This document shows, in pieces, positions 27,648 to 37,043 of a stretch of 64,000 nt of DNA. Both the position numbers and the translations under genes were made by a program. Position 1 is the first letter of the stretch. The number at the start of each line of letters is the position of its first letter. The DNA comes from an uncultured Lachnospiraceae bacterium. Lineage in GTDB: Bacteria; Bacillota; Clostridia; Lachnospirales; Lachnospiraceae. The DNA lies in the NCBI GenBank assembly GCA_902770965.1, contig CACXUY010000014.1:1841-65840 (forward strand), in the 5' to 3' direction. The notes below the pieces were generated by a model, which was not told where the DNA came from, did not search any database, and saw only the letters and a program-made list of their open reading frames with translations.

Positions 27648-29099
27648 ATGGGATTAAATGATACGCCTTCGGGCGAAAGAGTACATATAGGTTTTTTTGG
27701 CAGGAGGAATTCCGGCAAATCCAGCCTGGTAAACGCCGTGACAGGGCAGGAAATGTCCCTCGTCTCGGACACCTTAGGCACGACTACCGATCCCGTGTCA
27801 AAGGCGATGGAGCTTCTGCCGCTAGGTCCGGTCGTCATCATCGACACGCCTGGCTTTGACGATGTGGGGGAGCTTGGCGGGCAGCGGGTGAGGCGCGCAC
27901 GCCAGATCTTGAATCGCGCCGACATGGCGGTGCTTGTCATAGACGCCACCGTGGGGATGACGGACAGCGACCGACAGCTGGTCAGGATCTTTGAAGAAAA
28001 GGAGATCCCGTATATTGTCGCGGCTAATAAATGCGACCTCCTGGAGGGGGGAGCGGTCCCGGTCCCGCAATATACGGCTGCCGCGCAGGGCATGCCAGCA
28101 GGGCAGGGCAATACGATTGTGCAAAACCCGGATGCCGTGCAAACCACGCCAGCCGGACAGGACAATGCAATTGCGCAAGAGGCATCTGCCGCGCAGGGCG
28201 AAGAGACTACGCAAGAGAAGTCGGATGTGCAGAATGCGACAGTCGTGCGGGGCGAAGCAGTAGTGCAAGGCGAAGCATCCTCGCCGAAGGTCACCTCAGG
28301 CAGCACTATATATGTCAGCGCCCTTCACGGCACCAATATTTATGAATTAAAAGAGTGCATGGCTGCCCTCACTGGCGTCAAAAAGGAAGAAAAACGCCTT
28401 GTCGGCGATATGCTGGAGGCAGGCGATCTCGTCATATTGGTCATTCCCATAGATGAATCTGCCCCCAAGGGCAGGCTGATACTTCCTCAGCAACAGACCA
28501 TCAGGGACATACTGGAGGCGGGTGCTGCCGCTGTCTGTGTGAAGGACACGGAGCTGAAGCTCACGCTGGACAGGCTTGGGGCGAGGCCGAGGCTTGTCAT
28601 AACAGACAGTCAGGCCTTCGGAAGGGTTTCAAAGGAGACACCGGGCGACATACTGCTCACATCATTTTCGATATTGATGGCAAGATATAAGGGATTCCTG
28701 GATACAGCTGTCAAAGGCGCGGCGAAGCTTGAGAGGCTTAAGGACGGCGACCGCATCCTTGTTGCGGAGGGCTGCACTCATCACAGGCAATGCGAGGATA
28801 TCGGTACTGTGAAGCTTCCAGGATGGCTGCGAAAATACACCGGGAAGGAGCTGGTATTTGAGTCCAGTTCCGGGCGCAGCTTTCCGGAGGATCTGTCGCC
28901 TTACGCCCTCGTCCTTCACTGCGGGGGCTGTATGCTTAACGAAAGAGAGATGCTCTATAGGATGAAATGCGCCGAAGACCAGGGCGTGGCATTTACCAAC
29001 TACGGAATCGCTATCGCCCAGGTTCACGGCATATTGAAGAGGAGCCTGTCTCTCTTCCCGGAACTTGCTGCGATGCTTGCCGAAAGGCAACGGGTATGA
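27648..29099 (+). CDS. hydF: [FeFe]-hydrogenase maturation GTPase HydF, with a low-complexity insertion
   Basis: GRRNSGKSSLVNA (G1), DTPG, NKCD, and the C-terminal CTHH...HCGGC cluster-binding motif. An ~80-aa Q/A/G-rich insert is encoded around 28040-28300. Confidence 0.85.
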   Translation: MGLNDTPSGERVHIGFFGRRNSGKSSLVNAVTGQEMSLVSDTLGTTTDPVSKAMELLPLGPVVIIDTPGFDDVGELGGQRVRRARQILNRADMAVLVIDATVGMTDSDRQLVRIFEEKEIPYIVAANKCDLLEGGAVPVPQYTAAAQGMPAGQGNTIVQNPDAVQTTPAGQDNAIAQEASAAQGEETTQEKSDVQNATVVRGEAVVQGEASSPKVTSGSTIYVSALHGTNIYELKECMAALTGVKKEEKRLVGDMLEAGDLVILVIPIDESAPKGRLILPQQQTIRDILEAGAAAVCVKDTELKLTLDRLGARPRLVITDSQAFGRVSKETPGDILLTSFSILMARYKGFLDTAVKGAAKLERLKDGDRILVAEGCTHHRQCEDIGTVKLPGWLRKYTGKELVFESSSGRSFPEDLSPYALVLHCGGCMLNEREMLYRMKCAEDQGVAFTNYGIAIAQVHGILKRSLSLFPELAAMLAERQRV

Positions 29100-29420
29100 G
29101 CCAAGGAACCTTGGGGCGTTTGGCGCGTTTGCTCGGAGCAATTTAAGCGTTTTTATGTTGCCGTTATTGGAAAATAGTTGTATACTGTCAAGAAATGTGT
29201 CCGGAGGATTAGCTCATATGATATGGACTTACATAATCGTGTTGGATTTCGTATGCGGTTCAGGGCGCATTTAACTGCTGTATTTCGCGGATAGGTATGA
29301 ACGGAAGTTATTTCAGGAAAAAGTTGATCGATGTCTGCGAAATGATAAAGATGCCGCATAGGCTGTGTCTGCAGGTCAGACATTGATGCGGCAGAACTAT
29401 CATCAATAAAGGAGGAAGCT

Positions 29421-30389
29421 ATGAAAAAGACACTTAGCGTTTTTCTTGCTGCCGCTCTTGCGTTTGGCATGATGGCATGCAGCAACGCGAACACCACCAC
29501 ACCTGCTACCGAGGCGCCTGCTACCGAGGCGGCTTCTGCCGAAGAAGTCACTACAGAAGAAGTCACTGCTGAAGCGGCTGACGCTGAGACAGAGAAGGCG
29601 GCAGAAGTAGGAGAGGGCGGAAGCGAAGACAACGAAGTCGGTGAAGAGGTCAGCGCGGAATCTTCAGATGATGCGGTTGTGATCACCGGCGCGGGCGTAA
29701 AGACTGCCGGAACTCTTGTCATGTCAACCAACGCCGAGTTCCCGCCCTATGAGTATCATGACAGCGCTACCGACACCGGTATCGGTGATTTTGCCGGCAT
29801 TGACGTTGAGATTGCCAAAGCTATCGCCGAGAAGATGGGCTGCGAGCTGAAGATCGAAGACATCGCATTTGACTCAATCGTTCCTCAGGTCAACTCAGGC
29901 ATGGCCGACATGGGCATGGCAGGCATGACCGTCACCGAGGACAGGAAGAAGAATGTTGACTTCTCTGACACCTATGCCATATCAAGGCAGGTCATCGTAG
30001 TCAAGGAAGACTCTGAGTTTGTCGGCGTTGAGGACCTCGCGGGCAAAAGGATCGGCGTCCAGCAGGGAACTACCGGAGACATCCTTGCGTCCGGTGATAA
30101 AAACATCAGCGAAGGCGTTGAGCGCTACAACAAAGCCATGGAAGCTATCCAGTCCCTTTCTCAGGGCATGGTCGATGCCGTCATCGTTGATATTGAACCC
30201 GCCAAGGTTTTTGTCAGCGAGGTAACCGGACTTAAGATTCTCGATCAGGAGTACACATTAGAAGAGTATGCCATCTGCGTCAAGAAAGGAAATACCGAGC
30301 TGCTTGACAACATCAACGCTGCTCTCGCGGTTCTTAAGGCAGACGGAACTCTTGATGCCATCGTAGATAAGTATATCAACGCAAAATAA
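29421..30389 (+). CDS. amino-acid ABC transporter substrate-binding lipoprotein
   Basis: Lipobox GMMAC, an acidic A/E/T-rich linker, then a family-3 SBP domain (STNAEFPPYEY, GIDVEIAKAIA). Confidence 0.85.
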   Translation: MKKTLSVFLAAALAFGMMACSNANTTTPATEAPATEAASAEEVTTEEVTAEAADAETEKAAEVGEGGSEDNEVGEEVSAESSDDAVVITGAGVKTAGTLVMSTNAEFPPYEYHDSATDTGIGDFAGIDVEIAKAIAEKMGCELKIEDIAFDSIVPQVNSGMADMGMAGMTVTEDRKKNVDFSDTYAISRQVIVVKEDSEFVGVEDLAGKRIGVQQGTTGDILASGDKNISEGVERYNKAMEAIQSLSQGMVDAVIVDIEPAKVFVSEVTGLKILDQEYTLEEYAICVKKGNTELLDNINAALAVLKADGTLDAIVDKYINAK

Positions 30390-30457
30390 GCCGACAGAGG
30401 GCTATATGTGGCAGTTTCGGTGATGCAGGATTAAAAAGCCGAACAAGAGCCGTATGA

Positions 30458-30497
30458 AACGCTGCAGCAAAAGAGCATTTTCGCTGCAGCGTTTTTT
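30458..30497 (+). terminator. intra-operon terminator/attenuator hairpin
   Basis: AAACGCTGCAGC (30458-30469) pairs with GCTGCAGCGTTT (30483-30494), followed by TTT. Confidence 0.65.
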
Positions 30498-30551
30498 GAA
30501 AGAAGGCAGCTTTAGCGGATTTATTATGTACGGGCGAATACAGAAAGAAGA

Positions 30552-31271
30552 ATGGAAGGTGAAGAGATGACTTGGTGGCAGAATTTGGTTGAGGATTTTG
30601 TGACAAATTTCGTTGTCGACAACAGATGGAAATTTCTCACGGATGGCTTGGCGGTGACGCTGAAGGTCACCGCGTTCTCTGTGGTGGTCGGCTTGCTCAT
30701 GGGCTTTCTGGTCGCCGTGGTGAGGACAGTTCACGAGGAGACCGGGCGCTTCAAGATTCTGAACGCCATCGCGGGAGCATACCTGACATTCTTCCGCGGA
30801 ACCCCGGTGGTCGTACAGCTGATGCTTATCTATTTCGTAGTGCTCGGCCAGTGGATGGGCGTCACGAACAAGATGCTCGCCGCGGTCCTGGCATTCGGCA
30901 TCAATTCGGGCGCGTATCAAGCGGAGATCTTTCGCGCCGGCATCCAGTCGGTACCGCGCGGTCAGTTCGAAGCGGGGCGCAGCCTGGGCTTCAGCTATAC
31001 GCAGACGATGGTGACGATCATTATGCCCCAGGCTTTGAAGAACATTCTTCCTACCTTGTGCAATGAATTCATCACCCTGCTCAAGGAGACATCGGTGGCG
31101 GGCTATATAGCCCTCCAGGATCTGACGAAGGGCGGCGACATCATTCGCAGCCGCACGTATTCGGCGTTCATGCCGCTGATCGCGGTCGCGCTGATCTACC
31201 TCATAATGGTGTTGGTTCTGACCTATCTTATCAGGAGGCTTGAGAGGAGGCTGAAGAGAAGTGAGCGATAA
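30552..31271 (+). CDS. amino-acid ABC transporter permease (His/Glu/Gln/Arg/opine family)
   Basis: EAA-loop region [23 protein letters not shown] and five TM segments. Confidence 0.85.
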   Translation: MEGEEMTWWQNLVEDFVTNFVVDNRWKFLTDGLAVTLKVTAFSVVVGLLMGFLVAVVRTVHEETGRFKILNAIAGAYLTFFRGTPVVVQLMLIYFVVLGQWMGVTNKMLAAVLAFGINSGAYQAEIFRAGIQSVPRGQFEAGRSLGFSYTQTMVTIIMPQALKNILPTLCNEFITLLKETSVAGYIALQDLTKGGDIIRSRTYSAFMPLIAVALIYLIMVLVLTYLIRRLERRLKRSER

Positions 31272-32004
31272 CAGCAATGTCATCATAAAAGTGGAGAATC
31301 TGGTAAAGGCCTTCGGAGACAACGTCGTGCTTAACGACATTTCAACTAATATTTATAAGGGCGATGTGGTGTGCGTCATAGGACCTTCGGGTTCAGGCAA
31401 ATCGACCTTCCTTCGCTGCCTGAATCTTCTGGAAAAGCCCACCGGCGGCCACATTTATTTTGAGGGAAATGACATCACCGACAAGAGAGCGGATGTGGAC
31501 AAGCACAGGCAGAAGATGGGGATGGTCTTCCAGCAGTTCAACCTCTTCCCGCATATGACTATCCTGCGGAATCTCACCGTCGCCCCGATGAAGCTTCAGG
31601 GCAAATCGAAGGAGGAGGCCGAGGCTTACGCGATGGAGATGCTGGGGAAGGTCGGATTGGCAGACCGCAGTGATTCGTACCCCAGCCAGCTTTCCGGCGG
31701 CCAGCAGCAGCGCGTGGCTATCGTCCGCGCCCTTTGCATGAAGCCTGACGTGATGCTTTTTGATGAGCCGACCTCGGCTCTTGACCCTGAGATGGTCGGC
31801 GAGGTCCTGAACGTCATGCGCTCGCTTGCCGAGCAGAGGATGACGATGGTCGTGGTCACCCATGAGATGGGTTTCGCGAGGGAGGTATCGTCCCGCATCA
31901 TGTTCCTGGACGGAGGGGATTTCGTGGAGGAGAATGAACCACGGGAATTTTTCACGAACCCTAAGAGCGACAGGCTCAAGAGCTTTCTCAGCAAGGTGCT
32001 GTGA
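31261..32004 (+). CDS. amino-acid ABC transporter ATP-binding protein
   Basis: [24 protein letters not shown] and [10 protein letters not shown]. It overlaps the permease stop. Confidence 0.9.
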   Translation: MSDNSNVIIKVENLVKAFGDNVVLNDISTNIYKGDVVCVIGPSGSGKSTFLRCLNLLEKPTGGHIYFEGNDITDKRADVDKHRQKMGMVFQQFNLFPHMTILRNLTVAPMKLQGKSKEEAEAYAMEMLGKVGLADRSDSYPSQLSGGQQQRVAIVRALCMKPDVMLFDEPTSALDPEMVGEVLNVMRSLAEQRMTMVVVTHEMGFAREVSSRIMFLDGGDFVEENEPREFFTNPKSDRLKSFLSKVL

Positions 32005-32103
32005 GCGGCAGGAGGCCGCAGCCGGTGTGTTCGCAAGGTGCGGCGCATTGGCTGCGGTCTGTGTTTAAAATGCAATTCGAATGAAATATGGCTTGGTGTG
32101 AAT

Positions 32104-33081
32104 ATGGAGAGAAAGAAGAGAGAGTTAGTGATAGTGCGAGGCGGCGGCGACCTGGCAACCGGCACGATATACAGGCTCTATCGGGCAGGCTTTAGGGTAC
32201 TGATTCTTGAAGCTGCCACGCCGACTGCGATCAGGCGCGAAGCCGCTTTTTGTGAAGCTGTTCGCCTCGGAAGCATGACGGTTGAAGGCGTGACGGCGAG
32301 GCGCATGGATATAGATTTTGCACAGATGAAAAAAAGCGGTGCTGCCTTCAGACATACAGAGTCTGTTCGAGATCAAATGAAGGATGGTTTTGAACAGCAG
32401 AGGATCAGCACTGATGAGATAAAGGCTGTTATCAGCCAGTTGGATGAATGTTGGGATAAAGGCGAGATACCTCTTGTCGTTGATGAAGAGGCTTCAGCCG
32501 CCTATGTCCTGCGTCCGGAGGTCCTGGTCGACGCAATTATGGCGAAGAAAAATATAGGCACAGATCGAGCCATGGCTCCCTTCGTTGTGGCGTTAGGTCC
32601 CGGATTTAAGGCAGGCAAAAGAGATGTCCCGGACGCTGACGTGGACGTGGTCATAGAGACGATGAGAGGGCATGATCTGGGCCGTCTCATACATGAAGGC
32701 AGCGCCGCTCCCAACACAGGCGTACCCGGGCTGATCGCCGGGGAGGACATCCGCAGGGTGGTTCATGCTCCCGCTGCCGGCAGCATTAGGAATCTGTCAG
32801 CCATAGGCGACATAGTCGAGGAAGGGCAGGTCATTGCGAGAATCCTGCCGAGAGAAGCTGCGGAACGGTCGGACGGCATCCCGGTCCCGGCATCTCTTTC
32901 CGGTGTCCTGCGGGGCATCATCCAGGATGGCTTCTGTGTGTGGGAAGGGATGAAGATCGCTGATATAGACCCCAGGCGGGAGCAGCAGAAGAACTGCCGG
33001 ACTATATCGGACAAAGCCCGTGCTCTGGGGGGGAGCGTACTCGAAGCCATAGACCATTACCTGTATGGGAGAGAAGGATGA
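32104..33081 (+). CDS. yqeB: selenium-dependent molybdenum hydroxylase system protein, YqeB family
   Basis: VIVRGGGDLATGTIYRLYRAGFRVLILE...PTAIRREAAFCEAV is typical of the YqeB/EF2563 family. Confidence 0.7.
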   Translation: MERKKRELVIVRGGGDLATGTIYRLYRAGFRVLILEAATPTAIRREAAFCEAVRLGSMTVEGVTARRMDIDFAQMKKSGAAFRHTESVRDQMKDGFEQQRISTDEIKAVISQLDECWDKGEIPLVVDEEASAAYVLRPEVLVDAIMAKKNIGTDRAMAPFVVALGPGFKAGKRDVPDADVDVVIETMRGHDLGRLIHEGSAAPNTGVPGLIAGEDIRRVVHAPAAGSIRNLSAIGDIVEEGQVIARILPREAAERSDGIPVPASLSGVLRGIIQDGFCVWEGMKIADIDPRREQQKNCRTISDKARALGGSVLEAIDHYLYGREG

Positions 33082-33130
33082 TGGCATAGCCGGGCAGAGC
33101 ATATAAAAAGTGCAGTAAAATTTAAGCACC

Positions 33131-33186
33131 ACTATTCGGCATCTCGGACTCGGGATGCTGAGTATCCCTGGTTGTGCTGAATAGCC
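33131..33186 (-). repeat. dispersed inverted-repeat element, family 1 (shortened copy)
   Basis: ACTATTCGGCATCTCGGACTCGGGATGCTGAGTATCC...GTGCTGAATAGCC. Confidence 0.7.
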
Positions 33187-33200
33187 ATTACAGATAAAGG

Positions 33201-33275
33201 TAACTATTCAGCACCCCAGACTCGGGATGCTGCGCATCCTTCGTTGTGGTGCGGCGAGGGGTGCTGAATAATTAC
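33201..33275 (-). repeat. dispersed inverted-repeat element, family 1 (full copy, inverted orientation)
   Basis: TAACTATTCAGCACCCCAGACTCGGGATGCTGCGCATCCTTCGTTGTGGTGCGGCGAGGGGTGCTGAATAATTA. Its reverse complement is collinear with the copies at 14740 and 50835. Confidence 0.8.
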
Positions 33276-33316
33276 AGATAAGGATAATCCTGAACCCGTA
33301 TTGCTGAGGAGTCAAA

Positions 33317-34972
33317 ATGAGAGTCTGGAGATCAGATGGCAGCGGCGCGGCTTGCCTGACGGACGCGCTCTGTATAAACAAGGATATCATAAAAAAAAGA
33401 AGTAAAATGGACTGCTGCATTATTTCTGTCATCGGAGGTGGGGGAAAGACCAGCCTTCTATATCTTATGTCCAGGGAGCTTGCGGCAGATGGATTTCGGG
33501 TTGCCTTGACTACGACCACGCACATGATAATCCCGAAGACATTTCCATGGACCGAGAGTGTTGACGAAGCAGCGCGTATGCTTTCGAGAGAACCGGTGCT
33601 TGTGGCACATAAGGTTTCTTCGGATGCTTCAGGAACAGCTTCATCTTCGTCAAACAGATATGACTTTTCATCGATGGATAATGGTTCGGAAGATGCCGTG
33701 CACATAAAAGACGGCGCAGCTCACAAATATCCTTTAATAAAAGGAAAATGCACTGCGCTCACAGCTGAAGAGTTTGCTGTTTTGCGCAGGGAGGCCGACA
33801 TTATCCTGGTTGAAGCGGACGGAGCAAGGCAGCTTCCTATAAAGGCAGCTGTGGCACATGAGCCTGTCATCATGCCCGATTCTGATTATGTAATAGCTGT
33901 CGCAGGGATAGATGCCATTGGACAGCCGCTGCAAAAAGTATGTCATAGACCGTGGCTTGCGGCCGGTCGTTTTGGCGTACCCTTGGACATGGCAGTCACG
34001 GAAAAGATGTTGGCTGACCTTTTGACTGATCCTGTTATAGGGCAGATGAAGGGCATTGCGGGGCGTGGTAAATCTCAATCCGCGAGGCAGTTTCGTGTTC
34101 TTGTCAATAAGGCCGATGATGAGGGGAGAAGAAAAAGCGCGTTTGAGATCTGCCGCATGTTATCTTCGCGAGGTCTCATTTCCGCGGTATCGGCTCTGAG
34201 AGACAGGGTAGCTTTAATAGTCCTTGCGGCCGGTCAGGGGAAGCGGTTTACTCACAATAAAAATGATAGTGATGGAACAGCCGTAGTCCGTGTGGGAGAC
34301 CAAAGATATATAGATGAGACCGGAACGGAACATTTGAGACGATCTGATAAGAATACGATAAGTAAGAGTGAATCGGGGTATATCGGATATCCGGATAAGG
34401 AAGCGGTAAACAAGCTGGAATATTGTGTGAGAGGGGAGCCGATTTATGCGGGTTTGCTTCGTGCCGTGAGAGAACTCATATCAGGGTACGGAGACGAGAT
34501 CATTCATGAGAAGATATTGGTGACGCAGGAAGCCAGGCATGAGCTTCGCAGGGCCGCTGAGGCAGATGGGTTCAAAATTGTCATCAATCAGCAGCCATGG
34601 AAAGGAATATCGTCATCCATAAAGCTTGGGATAAATGCGGCTGAAGCTTCGGAGGCATATCTTTTCACCGTCTGCGATCAGCCGAAGCTCACGAGCAGGA
34701 CATTTTACAGGCTGATAGAAGCATATCAGTATGGCAGTGGCTCAATCGCGGCAGTGAGATCGATGGAGGCATTTGTGAATGCACAGGCGGCAGCCGGAGG
34801 AAACCCGAATATATTCTCGGTCCGCTATCGCAGCGATCTGTTGGCTCTTGAAGGCGACATGGGTGGAAAAAATATAATACGGAAGCACGAGACGGAAACG
34901 TCATACGTTGACGTGCCGTCAGAGGAGCTTTTTGATATAGACACGAAGGGAGATCTTTGGAGGTTTATATAA
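33317..34972 (+). CDS. yqeC: fusion of YqeC (selenium cofactor biosynthesis) and MocA/MobA-like NTP transferase (Mo-cofactor cytidylyltransferase)
   Basis: The N-terminal half has ISVIGGGGKTSLLY...VALTTTTHM (YqeC P-loop). The C-terminal half has LIVLAAGQGKRF...NKL and LFTVCDQP (MobA-like). Low-complexity inserts occur in both halves. ATG 33317 follows GAGGAG; ATG 33407 is an alternative start. Confidence 0.7.
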   Translation: MRVWRSDGSGAACLTDALCINKDIIKKRSKMDCCIISVIGGGGKTSLLYLMSRELAADGFRVALTTTTHMIIPKTFPWTESVDEAARMLSREPVLVAHKVSSDASGTASSSSNRYDFSSMDNGSEDAVHIKDGAAHKYPLIKGKCTALTAEEFAVLRREADIILVEADGARQLPIKAAVAHEPVIMPDSDYVIAVAGIDAIGQPLQKVCHRPWLAAGRFGVPLDMAVTEKMLADLLTDPVIGQMKGIAGRGKSQSARQFRVLVNKADDEGRRKSAFEICRMLSSRGLISAVSALRDRVALIVLAAGQGKRFTHNKNDSDGTAVVRVGDQRYIDETGTEHLRRSDKNTISKSESGYIGYPDKEAVNKLEYCVRGEPIYAGLLRAVRELISGYGDEIIHEKILVTQEARHELRRAAEADGFKIVINQQPWKGISSSIKLGINAAEASEAYLFTVCDQPKLTSRTFYRLIEAYQYGSGSIAAVRSMEAFVNAQAAAGGNPNIFSVRYRSDLLALEGDMGGKNIIRKHETETSYVDVPSEELFDIDTKGDLWRFI

Positions 34973-35193
34973 GAGAATGGTGAATGCTGTCGTCAGATGG
35001 CAGAACGTATTGTTCGGATTACATCGTTTCAGCCTCTGCTTTAACGCTGTTCCGGAATTGGTTGTTCAGAATGGATCGTTCGGTGTTATGACGTGCAAAA
35101 TGTGAACTATTACAGAAATACCAATATAATGACTCACGAAGAATACAGATAAAAACATAAAAACGAAGAAATATATAGAATTTAATAAAACGC

Positions 35194-35222
35194 TTGACAA
35201 TCAATATTGGAGTGTATATAAT
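35194..35222 (+). promoter_or_regulatory. consensus sigma70 promoter for the tRNA pair
   Basis: TTGACA at 35194-35199, a 17-nt spacer, and TATAAT at 35217-35222. The tRNA-Pro 5' end lies 22 nt downstream. Confidence 0.7.
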
Positions 35223-35243
35223 AGCGAAGTATCGAGTTCGCAA

Positions 35244-35317
35244 CGAGGTGTGGCTCAGCTTGGTAGAGCGCTGCGTTCGGGACGCAGAGGTCGCAGGTTC
35301 AAATCCTGTCGCCTCGA
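35244..35317 (+). tRNA. tRNA-Pro (anticodon CGG)
   Basis: I folded the cloverleaf by hand. The acceptor stem CGAGGTG pairs with CGCCTCG, the D arm is GCTCAGCTTGGTAGAGC, the anticodon stem-loop is CTGCG-TTCGGGA-CGCAG, and the T loop is GGTTCAAATCC. CCA is not encoded. Confidence 0.9.
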
Positions 35318-35368
35318 CTTGGACGCATTTCCTACTTGCGTCGAGACAATTTAATATTTATAACATGT

Positions 35369-35440
35369 GGTTCCTTGGTCAAGCGGTTAAGACGCCGCCC
35401 TCTCACGGCGGAAACAGGGGTTCGATTCCCCTAGGGACTA
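35369..35440 (+). tRNA. tRNA-Glu (anticodon CTC)
   Basis: The acceptor stem GGTTCCT pairs with AGGGACT (two G-U pairs). The anticodon stem-loop is CCGCC-CTCTCAC-GGCGG, and the T arm is AGGGGTTCGATTCCCCT. Confidence 0.85.
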
Positions 35441-35441
35441 T
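35419..35441 (+). repeat. left copy of 23-bp exact direct repeat (tRNA-Glu 3' end; att-like)
   Basis: GGTTCGATTCCCCTAGGGACTAT is identical to 47088-47110. Imperfect similarity continues for about 60 nt more, through a terminator-like hairpin, on both sides. Confidence 0.9.
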
Positions 35442-35999
35442 TGAAAAAGACCTCTCATCGAAGGTCTTCTTTTTTTGTTTTGGAAGGGGTGAATCAGGGA
35501 AACAGGGGAGTCAGGGTGAGACACGTGGACTCAGGCGAGTCCACATGACTCTTTTGAACATATGTAGTAGAAATATAGGATGGAAGCTGATTCGCGGATC
35601 ATAGACTGTTTTGCAAGCGGCGGTTTGGTTTTTGTTGATACTTATTCCCAGACGTAAGTGCGGGCTCTTTGCAAGGCGTATGTTTACATTAGGTTCATGG
35701 CATCTTATCATTTTAGTATGATATATTGTGTATGAATCACGACATCGCATGAATATATCTTGTAATTAGACGCTCTGTTTGCTATGTTTATTTGGTCAGA
35801 CACGTCGAGACTGATTTGTCAGTAACCCCCCATGCAGGATGCTGCCCCACCATGCATATAAGCCTGGGGGGGTAATGTCCATGCGGGGCATGCACACGGC
35901 CGCGCAGAGGAAGGTGCCGGCTGAATGCGACGCACGGTCGGCGCAGCTCGCCGCAAGCGGCGAGTTTATATAGTAATCATGAACAAGGAGACTTGGAAG

Positions 36000-37031
36000 A
36001 TGTCAAAAATAACACCCACTCCATATCAGGATATTTATTCCGAAATCAAAGATGCGCTATTACTTTCCCGTAACCAGGCCTATAGTGCGGTCAATTTTGC
36101 AATGGTTCAGGCATACTGGCACATTGGGCGAATCATCGTGGAGCACGAGCAGAACGGAAGCCTTCGTTCCGAATATGGAAAGGGTGTGTTGAAGGATGTG
36201 TCAGAACGGCTTCAACAGGAGTTTGGCGATGGGTTTTCTGTTCGGAATCTGCAACAGATGAAAAAGTTCTACGCTACTTTTCCAAATGCGAACGCACTGC
36301 GTACGCAATTGACCTGGACACATTATCGCGCTTTGCTTCGCGTGGAGGATGACATAGCGCGAAACTGGTATATAGAGGAGTGCATTAAATCCGGATGGTC
36401 GAGTCGACAGCTGGAGCGGCAGATTTCCACGTTATACTACGACCGACTTTTGGCTAGCAGGGACAAGTCTTCTGTAATTGCGGAAGCGGGAGAATTGATG
36501 AAACCGCTTGAGGCAGAGAGCTTTATCAAAGACCCTTACGTGTTGGACTTCCTCGATTTGAAAAACTACCCTGCCCTGCGCGAGTCCGATCTGGAACAGG
36601 CATTGATCGACAAATTGCAGGAGTTTCTGCTGGAGCTGGGACGCGGATTCTGCTTTATTGCAAGACAGAAACTCATGCGGTATGAAGACGAGGACTTCTA
36701 TCTTGATCTTGTCTTTTATCACAGCATTTTGAAATGCCACGTACTGATCGATCTGAAAATCGGAAAGCTGACACATGCCGACGTTGGCCAAATGGACAGT
36801 TACATCCGTATGTTTGATGCGCTATACAAAAACGATGACGACAATCCTACGATTGGGATTATCCTTTGTTCTCAGAAAAATGAGGCTATTGTTAAGTATT
36901 CGGTGTTGAACGATGCGAAACAAGTCTTTGCTTCTAAGTACCGTCTGACGTTGCCCACAGCAGAGGAATTGCAACGGGAGATTGAGGAAGAAAGACGAAA
37001 AATCGAGGAAAGAGGGGAATCGAGAAACTGA
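36000..37031 (+). CDS. YhcG-family (DUF1016) PD-(D/E)XK nuclease
   Basis: AVNFAMVQAYWHIGRIIVEHEQNG, LTWTHYRALL, GRGFCFIARQ and DLVFYHSILKCHVLIDLKIGK are typical of YhcG/DUF1016. ATG 36000 follows AAGGAG. Confidence 0.75.
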   Translation: MSKITPTPYQDIYSEIKDALLLSRNQAYSAVNFAMVQAYWHIGRIIVEHEQNGSLRSEYGKGVLKDVSERLQQEFGDGFSVRNLQQMKKFYATFPNANALRTQLTWTHYRALLRVEDDIARNWYIEECIKSGWSSRQLERQISTLYYDRLLASRDKSSVIAEAGELMKPLEAESFIKDPYVLDFLDLKNYPALRESDLEQALIDKLQEFLLELGRGFCFIARQKLMRYEDEDFYLDLVFYHSILKCHVLIDLKIGKLTHADVGQMDSYIRMFDALYKNDDDNPTIGIILCSQKNEAIVKYSVLNDAKQVFASKYRLTLPTAEELQREIEEERRKIEERGESRN

Positions 37032-37043
37032 GGAGGCACATAG

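Noticed and set aside
27611-28306. 231-aa minus-strand ORF (and 27822-28268, 29153-29731, 30402-31340, 58255-59250) overlapping hydF, the SBP, the permease and metF
   Set aside because: All are antisense to genes with strong family motifs. Their products are Ser/Ala/Pro/Arg-rich low-complexity strings.
29100-29420. T-box or amino-acid riboswitch leader upstream of the amino-acid ABC operon
   Set aside because: The ~230-nt leader has some stems. I found no T-box sequence (GGTGGTACCGCG-like), no specifier-loop context and no recognisable riboswitch core.
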